DNA from: Vicinamibacterales bacterium
GTDB taxonomy: Bacteria; Acidobacteriota; Vicinamibacteria; Vicinamibacterales; UBA8438
DNA length: 64,000 nt
Direction: 5' to 3'
Assembly: GCA_965199675.1 (NCBI GenBank)
Contig: CBDATI010000059.1
Location: 78,291-142,290 of the forward strand
Shown here: in pieces, positions 9,178-17,820 of the stretch
How positions within the stretch are numbered: position 1 is the first letter of the stretch
How the letters are laid out: each line of letters starts with the position of its first letter
Program-made: the position numbers and the translations under genes
The notes under the pieces: generated by a model
The model's input: the letters and a program-made list of their open reading frames with translations, nothing else
The model's database searches: none
Told to the model about the DNA's origin: nothing

Positions 9178-9206
9178 TTGACGTGCGAACGACCCGAGTG
9201 TAAGCT
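9178..9206 (+). promoter_or_regulatory. sigma70-like promoter TTGACG-17nt-TAAGCT for the XRE gene
   Basis: ctcTTGACGtgcgaacgacccgagtgTAAGCTgacAGGAGAcgcgcATG(9221). The spacing is canonical and an SD sequence is present. Confidence 0.5.
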
Positions 9207-9220
9207 GACAGGAGACGCGC

Positions 9221-9562
9221 ATGAAGAAACCGATGGGGGAGCGTATCAGGGAACTGCGGGAGATCAAGGACCTATCGGTCCGGGAGCTTGCCAAGAGACT
9301 CGGCGTGTCGGCTCCGTTTCTGTCTGACGTCGAGCTCGGAAGGCGTCACCCGTCCGACGAGGTGCTCGCGAAGATCGCACGGGAACTCGACACACCGATT
9401 GCGGAGCTGCGACGACACGATGCCCGGCCACCTATTCCTGAGCTTCGACGGATCGCCGCGAGCAACCCCGCGATGGGCTTCGCGCTGCGAAAGGTCGTTG
9501 AAGACGGGGTCGATCCGGAGGACCTGCTCCGCTACCTGAGCAAGAGGAACAAGACAGGATGA
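9221..9562 (+). CDS. XRE-family helix-turn-helix transcriptional regulator
   Basis: 113 aa. IRELREIKDLSVRELAKRLGVSAPFLSDVELGRRHPSDEVLAKIAREL is a classic HTH_3/Cro-CI motif. The gene overlaps the next gene by 4 nt. Confidence 0.9.
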   Translation: MKKPMGERIRELREIKDLSVRELAKRLGVSAPFLSDVELGRRHPSDEVLAKIARELDTPIAELRRHDARPPIPELRRIAASNPAMGFALRKVVEDGVDPEDLLRYLSKRNKTG

Positions 9563-10284
9563 GGACCTTCCCCGCATCCGAGCGCCGGTTCACCGAGAAG
9601 CCGTTTTTCACGCCGAAGGACTTCGAGCGGATCTGCGGGGACGCGCTGCAACAGCAGCGCCTGTATCCGTCCGAGCCATCACCCATTCGGATCGACCGCT
9701 TCGTAGAGAAGCACTTCAAGATCTCGCCACGCTACGAGAATCTGCCCGTGGGGCTTCTCGGATTCACCCACTTCGGTCCCAACGGAGTAGAGGAGATCGT
9801 GGTCTCGAAGGCCTTGGATGATGAGGGCACTCGGGTCGCGGAGCGCCGGTTGCGGACAACTCTCGCCCACGAGAGCGGCCACGGCCTGCTTCATGCTCAT
9901 CTCTTCGCGCTCGGAAGTCGGTCGCGTTCGCTGTTTGGTGATCGCGTCGATGATAATGAACAGAAGATCCTCTGCCGCTCCGGGGGCATCACTGGTTCCG
10001 ACGGTTCCGACGGGCCACGGATCGACAAGCTGCGGTATCGGTGGTGGGAATACCAGGCCAATCAAGCAATAGGAGCACTTCTCCTGCCGAACCGTCTGGT
10101 CGCGACTGCGCTCGTTGGCTCACTGATGCCTCACGGGGCGTTCGGAGCCCCGATTCTGCCAGCGAACCGTCGCAAGGAGGCGATCCAACTGCTCGCGCAC
10201 ACCTTCGACGTGAACCTCGTCGTGGCGCGGCTGCGCTTGGACACCCTGTTTCCCGTGGCTGCCGAGGGCCAGTTGTTGCTTTGA
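9559..10284 (+). CDS. ImmA/IrrE-family (DUF955) zinc metallopeptidase
   Basis: 241 aa with HExxH (LAHESGHGLLH). It sits immediately downstream of, and overlaps, an XRE gene. This is the canonical ImmR/ImmA-type arrangement. Confidence 0.85.
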   Translation: MRTFPASERRFTEKPFFTPKDFERICGDALQQQRLYPSEPSPIRIDRFVEKHFKISPRYENLPVGLLGFTHFGPNGVEEIVVSKALDDEGTRVAERRLRTTLAHESGHGLLHAHLFALGSRSRSLFGDRVDDNEQKILCRSGGITGSDGSDGPRIDKLRYRWWEYQANQAIGALLLPNRLVATALVGSLMPHGAFGAPILPANRRKEAIQLLAHTFDVNLVVARLRLDTLFPVAAEGQLLL

Positions 10285-10308
10285 TTTTTTTTGCGGGGGG
10301 TGTAAGCT
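10281..10308 (+). promoter_or_regulatory. candidate promoter TTGATT-16nt-TAAGCT; shares the GTGTAAGCTG 10-mer with the XRE promoter
   Basis: cTTTGATTttttttgcgggggGTGTAAGCTGgctg. A T8 run is very unusual in this GC-rich sequence. The -35 overlaps the ImmA stop codon. Confidence 0.35.
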
Positions 10309-10345
10309 GGCTGTAGCCGACATACGCTTTACAACGAGAATTCCA

Positions 10346-10555
10346 TTGAGCAACTACTACGTCAACAAGAACGCGCAACTGAATGGGGATCATGAGGTTC
10401 ACCAAGAGTATTCTTGCCCGTTTCCGGCGGCCGTTGAGAGTCGCCTTTACCTCGGCTGGTTCGGTAGCTGTCATGACGCTGTCTTGGCGGCACGGAGAAT
10501 CTACACGAGAGTGAACGGTTGCGCCTATTGCTCACCGGCGTGCCACACTGGGTGA
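10346..10555 (+). CDS. small Cys/His-rich protein of unknown function (69 aa)
   Basis: TTG start. The protein is MSNYYVNKNAQLNGDHEVHQEYSCPFP..LGWFGSCHDAVLAARRIYTRVNGCAYCSPACHTG. From memory it resembles a widespread uncharacterised small-protein family (N-terminal Y.VNK.AQ.NGDHEVH, C-terminal NGC.YC...CHT). The local GC is low. Confidence 0.6.
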   Translation: MSNYYVNKNAQLNGDHEVHQEYSCPFPAAVESRLYLGWFGSCHDAVLAARRIYTRVNGCAYCSPACHTG

Positions 10556-10641
10556 CAGCGCGAAGCCGATGCGCCATTCCGTAGTAAGTAGATCGGCGAA
10601 CTGGACGACGACCACGTCAAGGTAAGAAGGGGAGTATCTGA

Positions 10642-10833
10642 ATGCGCTGGAATGTTCTGATCTTAGTTGGGCTCGGATACGTCACCATCCTCATCTTGTT
10701 CTGCGCGTTGGCGCTCGGTGGAGGCTGGAAGCCTTCAGACGCATACGACGCCGTGCAGGGGCCGCTGATGGCGCTGGTCGGTGGGTCGCTCGCTATCGCA
10801 AAGGATCTCGTCGGTCCGAACGGCGCGGGTTAG
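10642..10833 (+). CDS. small two-helix membrane protein (63 aa), hypothetical
   Basis: MRWNVLILVGLGYVTILILFCALALGG.. plus a second hydrophobic stretch. A strong SD (AAGGGGAG) lies 8 nt upstream. Confidence 0.45.
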   Translation: MRWNVLILVGLGYVTILILFCALALGGGWKPSDAYDAVQGPLMALVGGSLAIAKDLVGPNGAG

Positions 10834-10928
10834 ACAGGATCGGCCCTGCGGCCGCCTACGCCGTTCTGGGATTCGTCGGAGCGGCGGTATCGGTGGCCCC
10901 GACAGCCGCATTCAGGAGTTGAGTCGAG

Positions 10929-11417
10929 ATGAGTGATGGCTTCTACGACTTGGGGCAGGTCTGCGAGAACGGCCATGCTGTGAACGGTCACGCCCGCAGC
11001 GATCCCGTCCGCAATGAGAAGCACTGCAGCATGTGTGGCGCTCGTACGATCACGGTCTGTCCATCCTGCAGCATGGAGATTCGCGGGACGTACGAAGTAC
11101 CCGGCGTTGTGGTGCTCGGCGCCGGTTACGCCCCTCCCGCATTCTGCCACGAGTGTGGCCAACCCTACCCTTGGACCGCAGACGGCTTGCGCGCCGCCGA
11201 GTCCCTGGCGGACGAGATGGCTCTTCCAGACGACGAGACGGCGCTCTTGAAGGAGAGTGTACGCGACATGGTCAGGGAGACTCCCAATGCGCCAGTCGCC
11301 AAGGCCCGCTTCAAGAGGATCATCCGGAACGTGGAAGGCGAAGCCAAGGGCGCAATGCGAGCGGTCCTCACGAACATCACCAGCAAGGCCATCATCGAGT
11401 CGATATTCGGTCCGTAG
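10929..11417 (+). CDS. DUF2321-like zinc-ribbon protein
   Basis: 162 aa. It has CENGH..CSMCG..CPSC..CHECG (two CxxC pairs typical of zinc ribbons) and a helical C-terminus. An SD (AGGAG) lies upstream. The family name is recalled from memory. Confidence 0.65.
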   Translation: MSDGFYDLGQVCENGHAVNGHARSDPVRNEKHCSMCGARTITVCPSCSMEIRGTYEVPGVVVLGAGYAPPAFCHECGQPYPWTADGLRAAESLADEMALPDDETALLKESVRDMVRETPNAPVAKARFKRIIRNVEGEAKGAMRAVLTNITSKAIIESIFGP

Positions 11418-11434
11418 CCCCAGCCCCCGCGCTT

Positions 11435-12616
11435 CTACCCAGAGCCGCGCAGGGACTCGGACATGAGAGACGCCATCAGGGTAGCAGCAACTCCCGTGCT
11501 GAATTCGTCCACCTTGGCGAGCGCACGCACCGCATCGACGATCTCAGCGAATCGACGCTGAAGATCAATCGGCGGAAGAGATACGTCGCAGGCTCTCACA
11601 TCGGAGGTCGTAATCGTGTTGAGGCCGGACGTGGTCTTGCCACGTTGCAGCAGGTGCTGGCGTCCGGACGACGAGTTCAGATGGGCGGCTGCGAAAGCGG
11701 GTAGAAGACAAGATTGATCCGGGCGCGCCCGAATGAGATGGTTCTGGTGCACACAGTTCTGGATCCGACCATCCCATACCGCTACCCTGCCAATCTCGGT
11801 CGCGTTGCCGTGGCCCTCGACGATCAATAGGTCGCCGGGCGCCAATCGGGTTCGCATGAGTTCGCCGTCGGTGAGGCGGATGAGCTTGATGGTGTCAAGA
11901 GCAAGTCGGTCTCGAAGCACGTTCGCTACTCGGAGATAGGGCGTAGCCAGCGGATAAGCGCGTCGCTTCTTCGTGACCTGAAGCCCACCCTGCACGTCGC
12001 ACACATCGCCAACGCGGCGTCGTGGCCATCCCATGGGATTCTCGACCGGGTCGCCGAACATCTTGACGAACAGCGCCGGCACGAACTCCCGCATCCGCTC
12101 GTCTGCCCGCCTTCGCAGCGCCTCGATCCTCGCGGCCCGGTTCAGGATGACCACGATCCGCCGCTGTTCCTCCAGCGGCGGGAGGTAGATCGATAGATCC
12201 AAGAGCGCCTTGGGCGATATTCTCTCTCTGCTTTTTGTCGCGGCAGTAGTGCTGACAGGTAATTGTCCAACGATATTTGGAACCCGCAAGCGCCATGCCA
12301 GATAGTCCAGATCCAAACACTCCGCGTTAGGGACGAGGCAAACAAACTCGGTTGACGATACGGGCTTGCGACGGTTACTTACGCGAAACGGCCAGACGCG
12401 GTTGATTCGGGGATTCAGCTTTGAGAACAACACGCCAGTTGGCGGAAGGACGGTCTTGTTGCTGCGAATTTCTGAACCAGTCACTAACTCTGGCGTTCGG
12501 TTGTCGTCGAACGCAGGGATACTGAACAGATCAAATGTTGTATCAGGGAAGCGTCCAGGATCGATCGAGCCGCGGTGTATGGTCGCCACCTCGCCAATCG
12601 AAAGCGTAGAGCTCAT
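11435..12616 (-). CDS. hsdS: type I restriction-modification specificity subunit
   Basis: The internal ATG at 12616 (MSSTLSIGEVATIHRGS..) overlaps the hsdM stop as ATGA. It has two target-recognition domains separated by a conserved LPPLEEQRRIV..L helix. GC is lower than in the neighbours. Confidence 0.9.
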   Translation of the reverse strand: MSSTLSIGEVATIHRGSIDPGRFPDTTFDLFSIPAFDDNRTPELVTGSEIRSNKTVLPPTGVLFSKLNPRINRVWPFRVSNRRKPVSSTEFVCLVPNAECLDLDYLAWRLRVPNIVGQLPVSTTAATKSRERISPKALLDLSIYLPPLEEQRRIVVILNRAARIEALRRRADERMREFVPALFVKMFGDPVENPMGWPRRRVGDVCDVQGGLQVTKKRRAYPLATPYLRVANVLRDRLALDTIKLIRLTDGELMRTRLAPGDLLIVEGHGNATEIGRVAVWDGRIQNCVHQNHLIRARPDQSCLLPAFAAAHLNSSSGRQHLLQRGKTTSGLNTITTSDVRACDVSLPPIDLQRRFAEIVDAVRALAKVDEFSTGVAATLMASLMSESLRGSG

Positions 12617-14244
12617 TCCGCCACCGTTCCCCGCACCGCTTCGGCTAGCGCGTCGATCTCCCCAAGGATTTCGGTCTCGATGGCCTTCAGTTCGTCGAGG
12701 ATCTCCAGCGGGTCGCGGTGCTCCTCCTTCGTCCGGCTCCGCGGCCGATACCGCCCGGCGCTCAGGTTGCAGTCCGCTTCCCGGATGGCGTCCGCGTCGG
12801 CGAACCACCAGTTCTCGGTCCAGTCCGCCTCCAAGTCGCGGCTACTCCAGTCCGTCCACCGCGCCTCCCGCTCCCGGAACGCCGAGACGAGACCGGGCAG
12901 GTCGTCGGCGTCGATCGGCGTGTCGTGGTTGGCGTCGAGCTTGAACCCGTCGTTGTCGGCGTGGAGGAACATCACGCGGTCGGTCGCCCCGCCCTTGCGG
13001 AAGACCAGCACCGACGTCTTGACGCCCGAGTACGGATTGAACACGCCGCCGGGCAGCGACAGCACGGCTTCGACGCGGTTGTTCTCGACGAGCTTGCGCC
13101 GCAGCTCCCTATGAGCACTGGTCGAGCCGAACAGGACGCCCTCGGGCACGACGACGCCGCAGCGGCCGCCGTCCTTCAGGTGGTTCAGCATGTACTGGAT
13201 GAACAGCAGTTCGGTCTGCCGCGTCCGGCCGATCTTCACGTCCTCGACGATGCGGTCGGGGTCGAGCCGGCCGGAGAACGGCGGGTTGGCGAGGACGACG
13301 TCGAAGCCCTGCACCGGCAGGCCGAGGTCGGCCTTCGTCGAGCGGTCGAGCGCGCGGGTCAGGGCGTCGCGGCGGAGGATGCGCACGCGGTCGAGCCCGC
13401 GCAGGGAGAGATTCATCGTGGCGAGCCGGACCATCCGCCGGTCCACGTCGTGGCCGAAGAAGGTCGCCTCGTGCAGTTGGCGCACGGCGGCGCGGCTCAA
13501 GGTGTCGCCGAGCCCGCGCCGCACGGTCTTGCCGTCGGCCTCGATGTCCTCGATGCCGGCGGGCGACGAGTTCGCGAGCCGGATGTGGTCGTACGCGCCC
13601 ACCAGGAAGCCCGCGGTGCCGGCGGCGGGGTCGTGGACGGTTTCACCGATGCGGGGATCGACGAGCTCGACGAGGGTGCGGATGACGTGGCGCGGGGTGC
13701 GGAACTGGCCCAGCTCACCGGCCTGACGTATCTGCCGCAGCACGTGCTCGAAAAGGTCGCCCTTGGTGTCGGCGTCCACCTGCTCGAGATGCAGGTCGTT
13801 GACGTGGCTGACGACCTGCGAGAGCACCGTCGGCTCGTCGATGACCAGCCGCGCGTCGGCCATGAAGTCGGTGACGCCGTCGGCGGCGAGTCCGGCGTGG
13901 AAGGGGAAGACCTCTTCCCGCACCCACGACACGAGCCGCGGGCCGTTCAGCGCGTTGGCCCAGTTGGACCAGCGCAGGAGATCGCTCGGGATCGTCTGCA
14001 CGCCGGGCTCGTACGCGTTGCGCGGGTTCCGCAGCGTCCAGTCGCCCGCGAACGCGCCGGCGTACGGCTTGGCGCCCGGGCGGCGGGCCGCGCGGACCCG
14101 CGCCGCGTCGGCCGCCTCGAACATATAGAAGTAGATGAGGAAGCTGAGCTGTTCGGCGTTCTGGGCGGGGTCCGGATAGCCTCCGGCGAAGAGGTAGTCG
14201 CGGATGCGGTCGATGGCGCGGCGCAGCTCCGGGGTCAGGGGCAT
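12613..14244 (-). CDS. hsdM: type I R-M N6-adenine DNA methyltransferase
   Basis: MPLTPELRRAIDRIRDYLF.. (HsdM_N-like). Motif I is DPAAGTAGFL and motif IV is NPPFSG. The ATG at 14244 is preferred over the ORF-track start at 14289. Confidence 0.92.
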   Translation of the reverse strand: MPLTPELRRAIDRIRDYLFAGGYPDPAQNAEQLSFLIYFYMFEAADAARVRAARRPGAKPYAGAFAGDWTLRNPRNAYEPGVQTIPSDLLRWSNWANALNGPRLVSWVREEVFPFHAGLAADGVTDFMADARLVIDEPTVLSQVVSHVNDLHLEQVDADTKGDLFEHVLRQIRQAGELGQFRTPRHVIRTLVELVDPRIGETVHDPAAGTAGFLVGAYDHIRLANSSPAGIEDIEADGKTVRRGLGDTLSRAAVRQLHEATFFGHDVDRRMVRLATMNLSLRGLDRVRILRRDALTRALDRSTKADLGLPVQGFDVVLANPPFSGRLDPDRIVEDVKIGRTRQTELLFIQYMLNHLKDGGRCGVVVPEGVLFGSTSAHRELRRKLVENNRVEAVLSLPGGVFNPYSGVKTSVLVFRKGGATDRVMFLHADNDGFKLDANHDTPIDADDLPGLVSAFREREARWTDWSSRDLEADWTENWWFADADAIREADCNLSAGRYRPRSRTKEEHRDPLEILDELKAIETEILGEIDALAEAVRGTVAE

Positions 14245-14254
14245 GGCGCAGGTG

Positions 14255-16393
14255 TCACAGAGCGGTCGGGTCGTCGCCGCGCTGCGCATCGGTCGGGCCG
14301 GCCGGCGGGAACACGGCCGCGTTGAAGCCGGAGATCAGGCGGTCGAGGGCGGACGGGCCGCCGAACACCCGCTGCGCCCGGTCGTAGCCGCCGAGTCCCT
14401 TGAACGGGTGCTCGTCGAAGTCGTAGTCGCCGAAGGCGTCCATGTGCAGCGCGTCGGCCCGGATGCGGCTGCCGATGAGGCCGGCCCAGCGCGCCTGTTC
14501 CGCGTCGAACGTCTGGTCGCTGCGCCACGCCTCGAAGCGCAGGCCGACCTCGGCCGCGCGGGTCTCGTGCTCGGCCGTGCGCACGATGCGGCCGTGCTCA
14601 TCCAGCGCCAGCCAGTCGCGGGTAGCGGGGTCGATCTGGTCGTCCACGTCGAGGGTCAGCATCAGGCGGGGATCGCCGGCGCGATAGTCGGCGCGGCGCT
14701 CGCGCACGCTGCCGCCCGCCAGGTCCCGGTCGTCGTCGCCGTGGAAGTCGGTCACCCCGACGAAGTCGAAGATCGTGAAGTCGGTCTTCCCGATGTGCGG
14801 CGCCTTGCGGGTGCCGCGCCCGCGCATCTGCCGGTAGAGGATGGCGCTGCGCGTGAACCGCGCCATGACCAGGCTGACCACCTCCGGGCAGTCGAAGCCG
14901 GTATCCAGCATGTTGACGCTGACCAGGATCTTCGGGAACTCCTCGTCCTTGAAGCGCTTGATGACGGCGCTCGCATCCGGGGCCGGACCGCCGCCCACGT
15001 CGCTGACCACGAAGTCCGCGTAGCGTGTGGTCGGATGCGGCTTCAGGTCGGCGAAGTGCTCGTCGAGCATCGTGGCCAGCGTCTCGGCGTGGCGCTTCGT
15101 CACCGCGAAGACGATGGTCTTGCCCCATGTCGGCCAGCGGCGGACGCCGTCGCGGCCCATGAACCCCTTCTCGTGGGCGTCGCGGAACTCCCGCACGATG
15201 GCGCGGTTGCGCTCGGGGATCGTGAACCGCCGCTCCAGCGCGCGCGGGTCGACGGTGATGCGGTCGGACGACGTGAACAGCGCCTCGAGTTCGTCGCGCG
15301 CGGCCCCGTCCATCGCGGTCCAGTCGAGTTCGTCGCGCGCCACCTCGAACCCGCCCTCGGCGGCCGTCTTGACCGTCAGCGCCTTATAGATGCGGTAGGG
15401 CGCCAGGTGTCCGTCCCGGACGGCTTCGCGGAGCGTGTAGCGGAACGTCGGTTCGGCGAGCTCGAAGAACCGCAGCGTGTCGCGCACGAAGTGGCCGTCC
15501 TCGGGGTCGGGCGCGTCGGCCTCGGCGGTGCAGGGCGTGGCGGTCAGGCCGAGCTGGATGCCGTCGAAGTGGCGCAGCACGCTGCTCCACTGCCCGTAGA
15601 TCGAACGGTGGCACTCGTCGGTGATCACGAGGTCGAAGTAGCCCGACGACAGGTCGCGGTACTCCGTGATCATCGTCTGCAGCGTCGCGATGGTGATGCG
15701 CTTCGTGCGGTCGAAGCCGCGGCCGGGCCGCAGCACGTGGCAGGGGTAGTCGCGCAGGTGGTCGCCGAAGGCGTCCTCGGCCTGCCCGGCGAGGGCGATG
15801 CGGTCCACGAGGAACAGGACGCGGGTGACGAGGCCGGCCTCGAACAGGCGCTTGACGAAGGCCGCCGTGGTGCGGGTCTTGCCGGCGCCGGTCGCCATCT
15901 CGACCAGCAGCTTGCGGCGGCCGCGCGACACCTCGGCCGACAGCGCCTCGATGCATGCAATCTGGTACCGGCGTTCGACGATCCGCCGGTCGATCTCGAC
16001 GCCGGACAGGTCCCGTCGATTCTGGCGGGCGGCGATGCGTCGCTCCAGGTCGTCGGGCGCGTAGAACGTGGCGATCTGCCGCGCGTGGGCGTCCGTCTCG
16101 CGGTCCAGGAACCAGACTTCCTCGCCGTTCGACAGGAACACGAATGGCACGCCGAGCTGCTCGGCGTAGTGGCGCCCCTGGTCCTGCGCGGCGATGGGGT
16201 TGATGCTCGCGCGCTTGGCCTCGACCGCGGCCACGGGGACGCCGGCGCGGTTGCAGAGCGCGTAGTCGGCCCGCGAACCGTCCGGGAGCACGTGCTCGAA
16301 GACGACGCTCGCGCCGTCGGTGAGATTCCAGCCCGCATCGTTGAGCAGGGCGTCGATCTTGACGCGGGAGAAGGCCTCGGGGGTGCGACTCAT
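14255..16393 (-). CDS. hsdR: type I restriction endonuclease subunit R (short, EcoEI-like form)
   Basis: It has an N-terminal nuclease region (..DYALCNRAGVPVAAVEAKR). Helicase motifs are MATGAGKT and ITDECHRS. The C-terminal domain is EcoEI-R-like. The start is 16393 (MSRTPEAF) or 16453. Confidence 0.9.
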   Translation of the reverse strand: MSRTPEAFSRVKIDALLNDAGWNLTDGASVVFEHVLPDGSRADYALCNRAGVPVAAVEAKRASINPIAAQDQGRHYAEQLGVPFVFLSNGEEVWFLDRETDAHARQIATFYAPDDLERRIAARQNRRDLSGVEIDRRIVERRYQIACIEALSAEVSRGRRKLLVEMATGAGKTRTTAAFVKRLFEAGLVTRVLFLVDRIALAGQAEDAFGDHLRDYPCHVLRPGRGFDRTKRITIATLQTMITEYRDLSSGYFDLVITDECHRSIYGQWSSVLRHFDGIQLGLTATPCTAEADAPDPEDGHFVRDTLRFFELAEPTFRYTLREAVRDGHLAPYRIYKALTVKTAAEGGFEVARDELDWTAMDGAARDELEALFTSSDRITVDPRALERRFTIPERNRAIVREFRDAHEKGFMGRDGVRRWPTWGKTIVFAVTKRHAETLATMLDEHFADLKPHPTTRYADFVVSDVGGGPAPDASAVIKRFKDEEFPKILVSVNMLDTGFDCPEVVSLVMARFTRSAILYRQMRGRGTRKAPHIGKTDFTIFDFVGVTDFHGDDDRDLAGGSVRERRADYRAGDPRLMLTLDVDDQIDPATRDWLALDEHGRIVRTAEHETRAAEVGLRFEAWRSDQTFDAEQARWAGLIGSRIRADALHMDAFGDYDFDEHPFKGLGGYDRAQRVFGGPSALDRLISGFNAAVFPPAGPTDAQRGDDPTAL

Positions 16394-16785
16394 GCGTTCG
16401 CTGTCGGGTCGCCCACCTGTGCTGCGACGAGCGTCGGCGGTGGCGTCCGCCAACTCGCGAGTCCTGTCCGCCTCGGTCAGCCGCCGGGCAATGGTCAGGG
16501 ATCGAACATCGGATGCGCCTGGGCTCTGCCGCCCTCGGTGGCGCGCTGGCGACCAGTATCACAACACCACGACCACGCGACCGAGACAGTATACCGTGCG
16601 CCATCAGGGGGAAGACGGTGGGACGGCAGGCAGGAGGGGAGCGGGGCTGATTATGTCGCTGGCCGTGTGAGCGTCGCCCTGAGTTGGCCCGGGCGCCGGG
16701 GCAGCACCAGGCGGCGATCAGCCGGCCGGGGGACGGGCCGTTGTAGAATCTGCAGACAGGCCAACTTGCGAGGAGAGCACCCTTG

Positions 16786-17799
16786 ATGAATCGATCTGAC
16801 GTGCGGGTTCTGGCGGTGATGGTGGCGTTGGCGGGGGTGGCGGCGCCAGCCCTGGGGCAGGAGCCGGGCGAGACCTGGGAGCCTCCCCGGCTGAGCGACG
16901 GCCGTCCCGATCTGCAGGGGGTCTGGGACTTCCGCACCGCCACGCCGTTCGAGCGTCCCCAGGGTCTTGGCGAGACGCTGACCGACGAGGAGGCGGCGGC
17001 CGTCGAGTCGCTCGCGGCGGCGTTCCAGCAGGCCGCCGACCAGCCCCCGGTCGAGGGCAATGTCGGCGCCTACAACGCCTTCTGGCTCGACTTCGGCACC
17101 TCCGTCGGCGACGACCGCCGCTCGTCCCTCATCGTCGAGCCTTCGACCGGCCGGATGCCCGAGCTGGTCGAGGGCGCCGCCCGCCAGGCAGGATCGCTCG
17201 ACGTCGACGTGCCCGGCGAGCGCCCCTGGCGCGTGAGGTCGGCCGGCATCGGGGCCGACGGGCCCGAGGATCGCGGTCTCGCCGAGCGGTGCCTCGTCGG
17301 CTTCAACTCCGGCCCCCCGATGATGCCGAGCGCCTACAACAACAACATGCAGCTCTTCCAGACCGGGGACCACGTGGTCATCCTGAACGAGATGGTCCAC
17401 GACGCCCGCATCGTCCCGCTCGAGCCGCGGGACCACCTGCCGGAGAGCATCCGACAGTGGAACGGTGACTCGCGCGGCCGGTGGGAGGGCGACACCCTCG
17501 TCGTCGAGAGCCGGAACTACTCGGACCAGCGGGCCAGCTTCGAGCCGAACGCGCTGGTGGCGCTGGGGTTCGGCTCGACCCTGCGGCTGACCGAGCGGTT
17601 CACCCGGGTGAGCGAGGACACGCTGCTCTACGAGTACACGGTCGACGACCCGGCCACGTTCACGGCGCCGTTCACCGCCGCGGTGCCGATGCGGCTCTCG
17701 GACTCGCTCATCTACGAGTACGCGTGCCACGAGGGCAACTACGGCATGATCAACGCCCTGAGCGGGGCGCGGGCGGCCGACGCGTCTTCGGAGCAGTAG
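16786..17799 (+). CDS. secreted hypothetical protein
   Basis: Signal peptide MNRSDVRVLAVMVALAGVAAPALGQ, with AGGAGA 9 nt upstream and TAGAAT at 16744-16749. I recognise no family. Confidence 0.7.
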   Translation: MNRSDVRVLAVMVALAGVAAPALGQEPGETWEPPRLSDGRPDLQGVWDFRTATPFERPQGLGETLTDEEAAAVESLAAAFQQAADQPPVEGNVGAYNAFWLDFGTSVGDDRRSSLIVEPSTGRMPELVEGAARQAGSLDVDVPGERPWRVRSAGIGADGPEDRGLAERCLVGFNSGPPMMPSAYNNNMQLFQTGDHVVILNEMVHDARIVPLEPRDHLPESIRQWNGDSRGRWEGDTLVVESRNYSDQRASFEPNALVALGFGSTLRLTERFTRVSEDTLLYEYTVDDPATFTAPFTAAVPMRLSDSLIYEYACHEGNYGMINALSGARAADASSEQ

Positions 17800-17820
17800 A
17801 TTCGACGAGCGGAGGCCCGA

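Noticed and set aside
7951-9294. 447-aa ORF spanning both small coiled-coil genes and their spacer
   Set aside because: It is a read-through artefact. The two halves are paralogs, each with its own SD and -10-like box, and the connecting sequence is low-complexity and Arg-rich.
16588-16593. TATACT on the minus strand as the hsdR (locus 1) promoter -10
   Set aside because: No acceptable -35 lies at 16-18 nt (GTCTTC), and it would give a leader of about 140-200 nt. The evidence is too weak to list.
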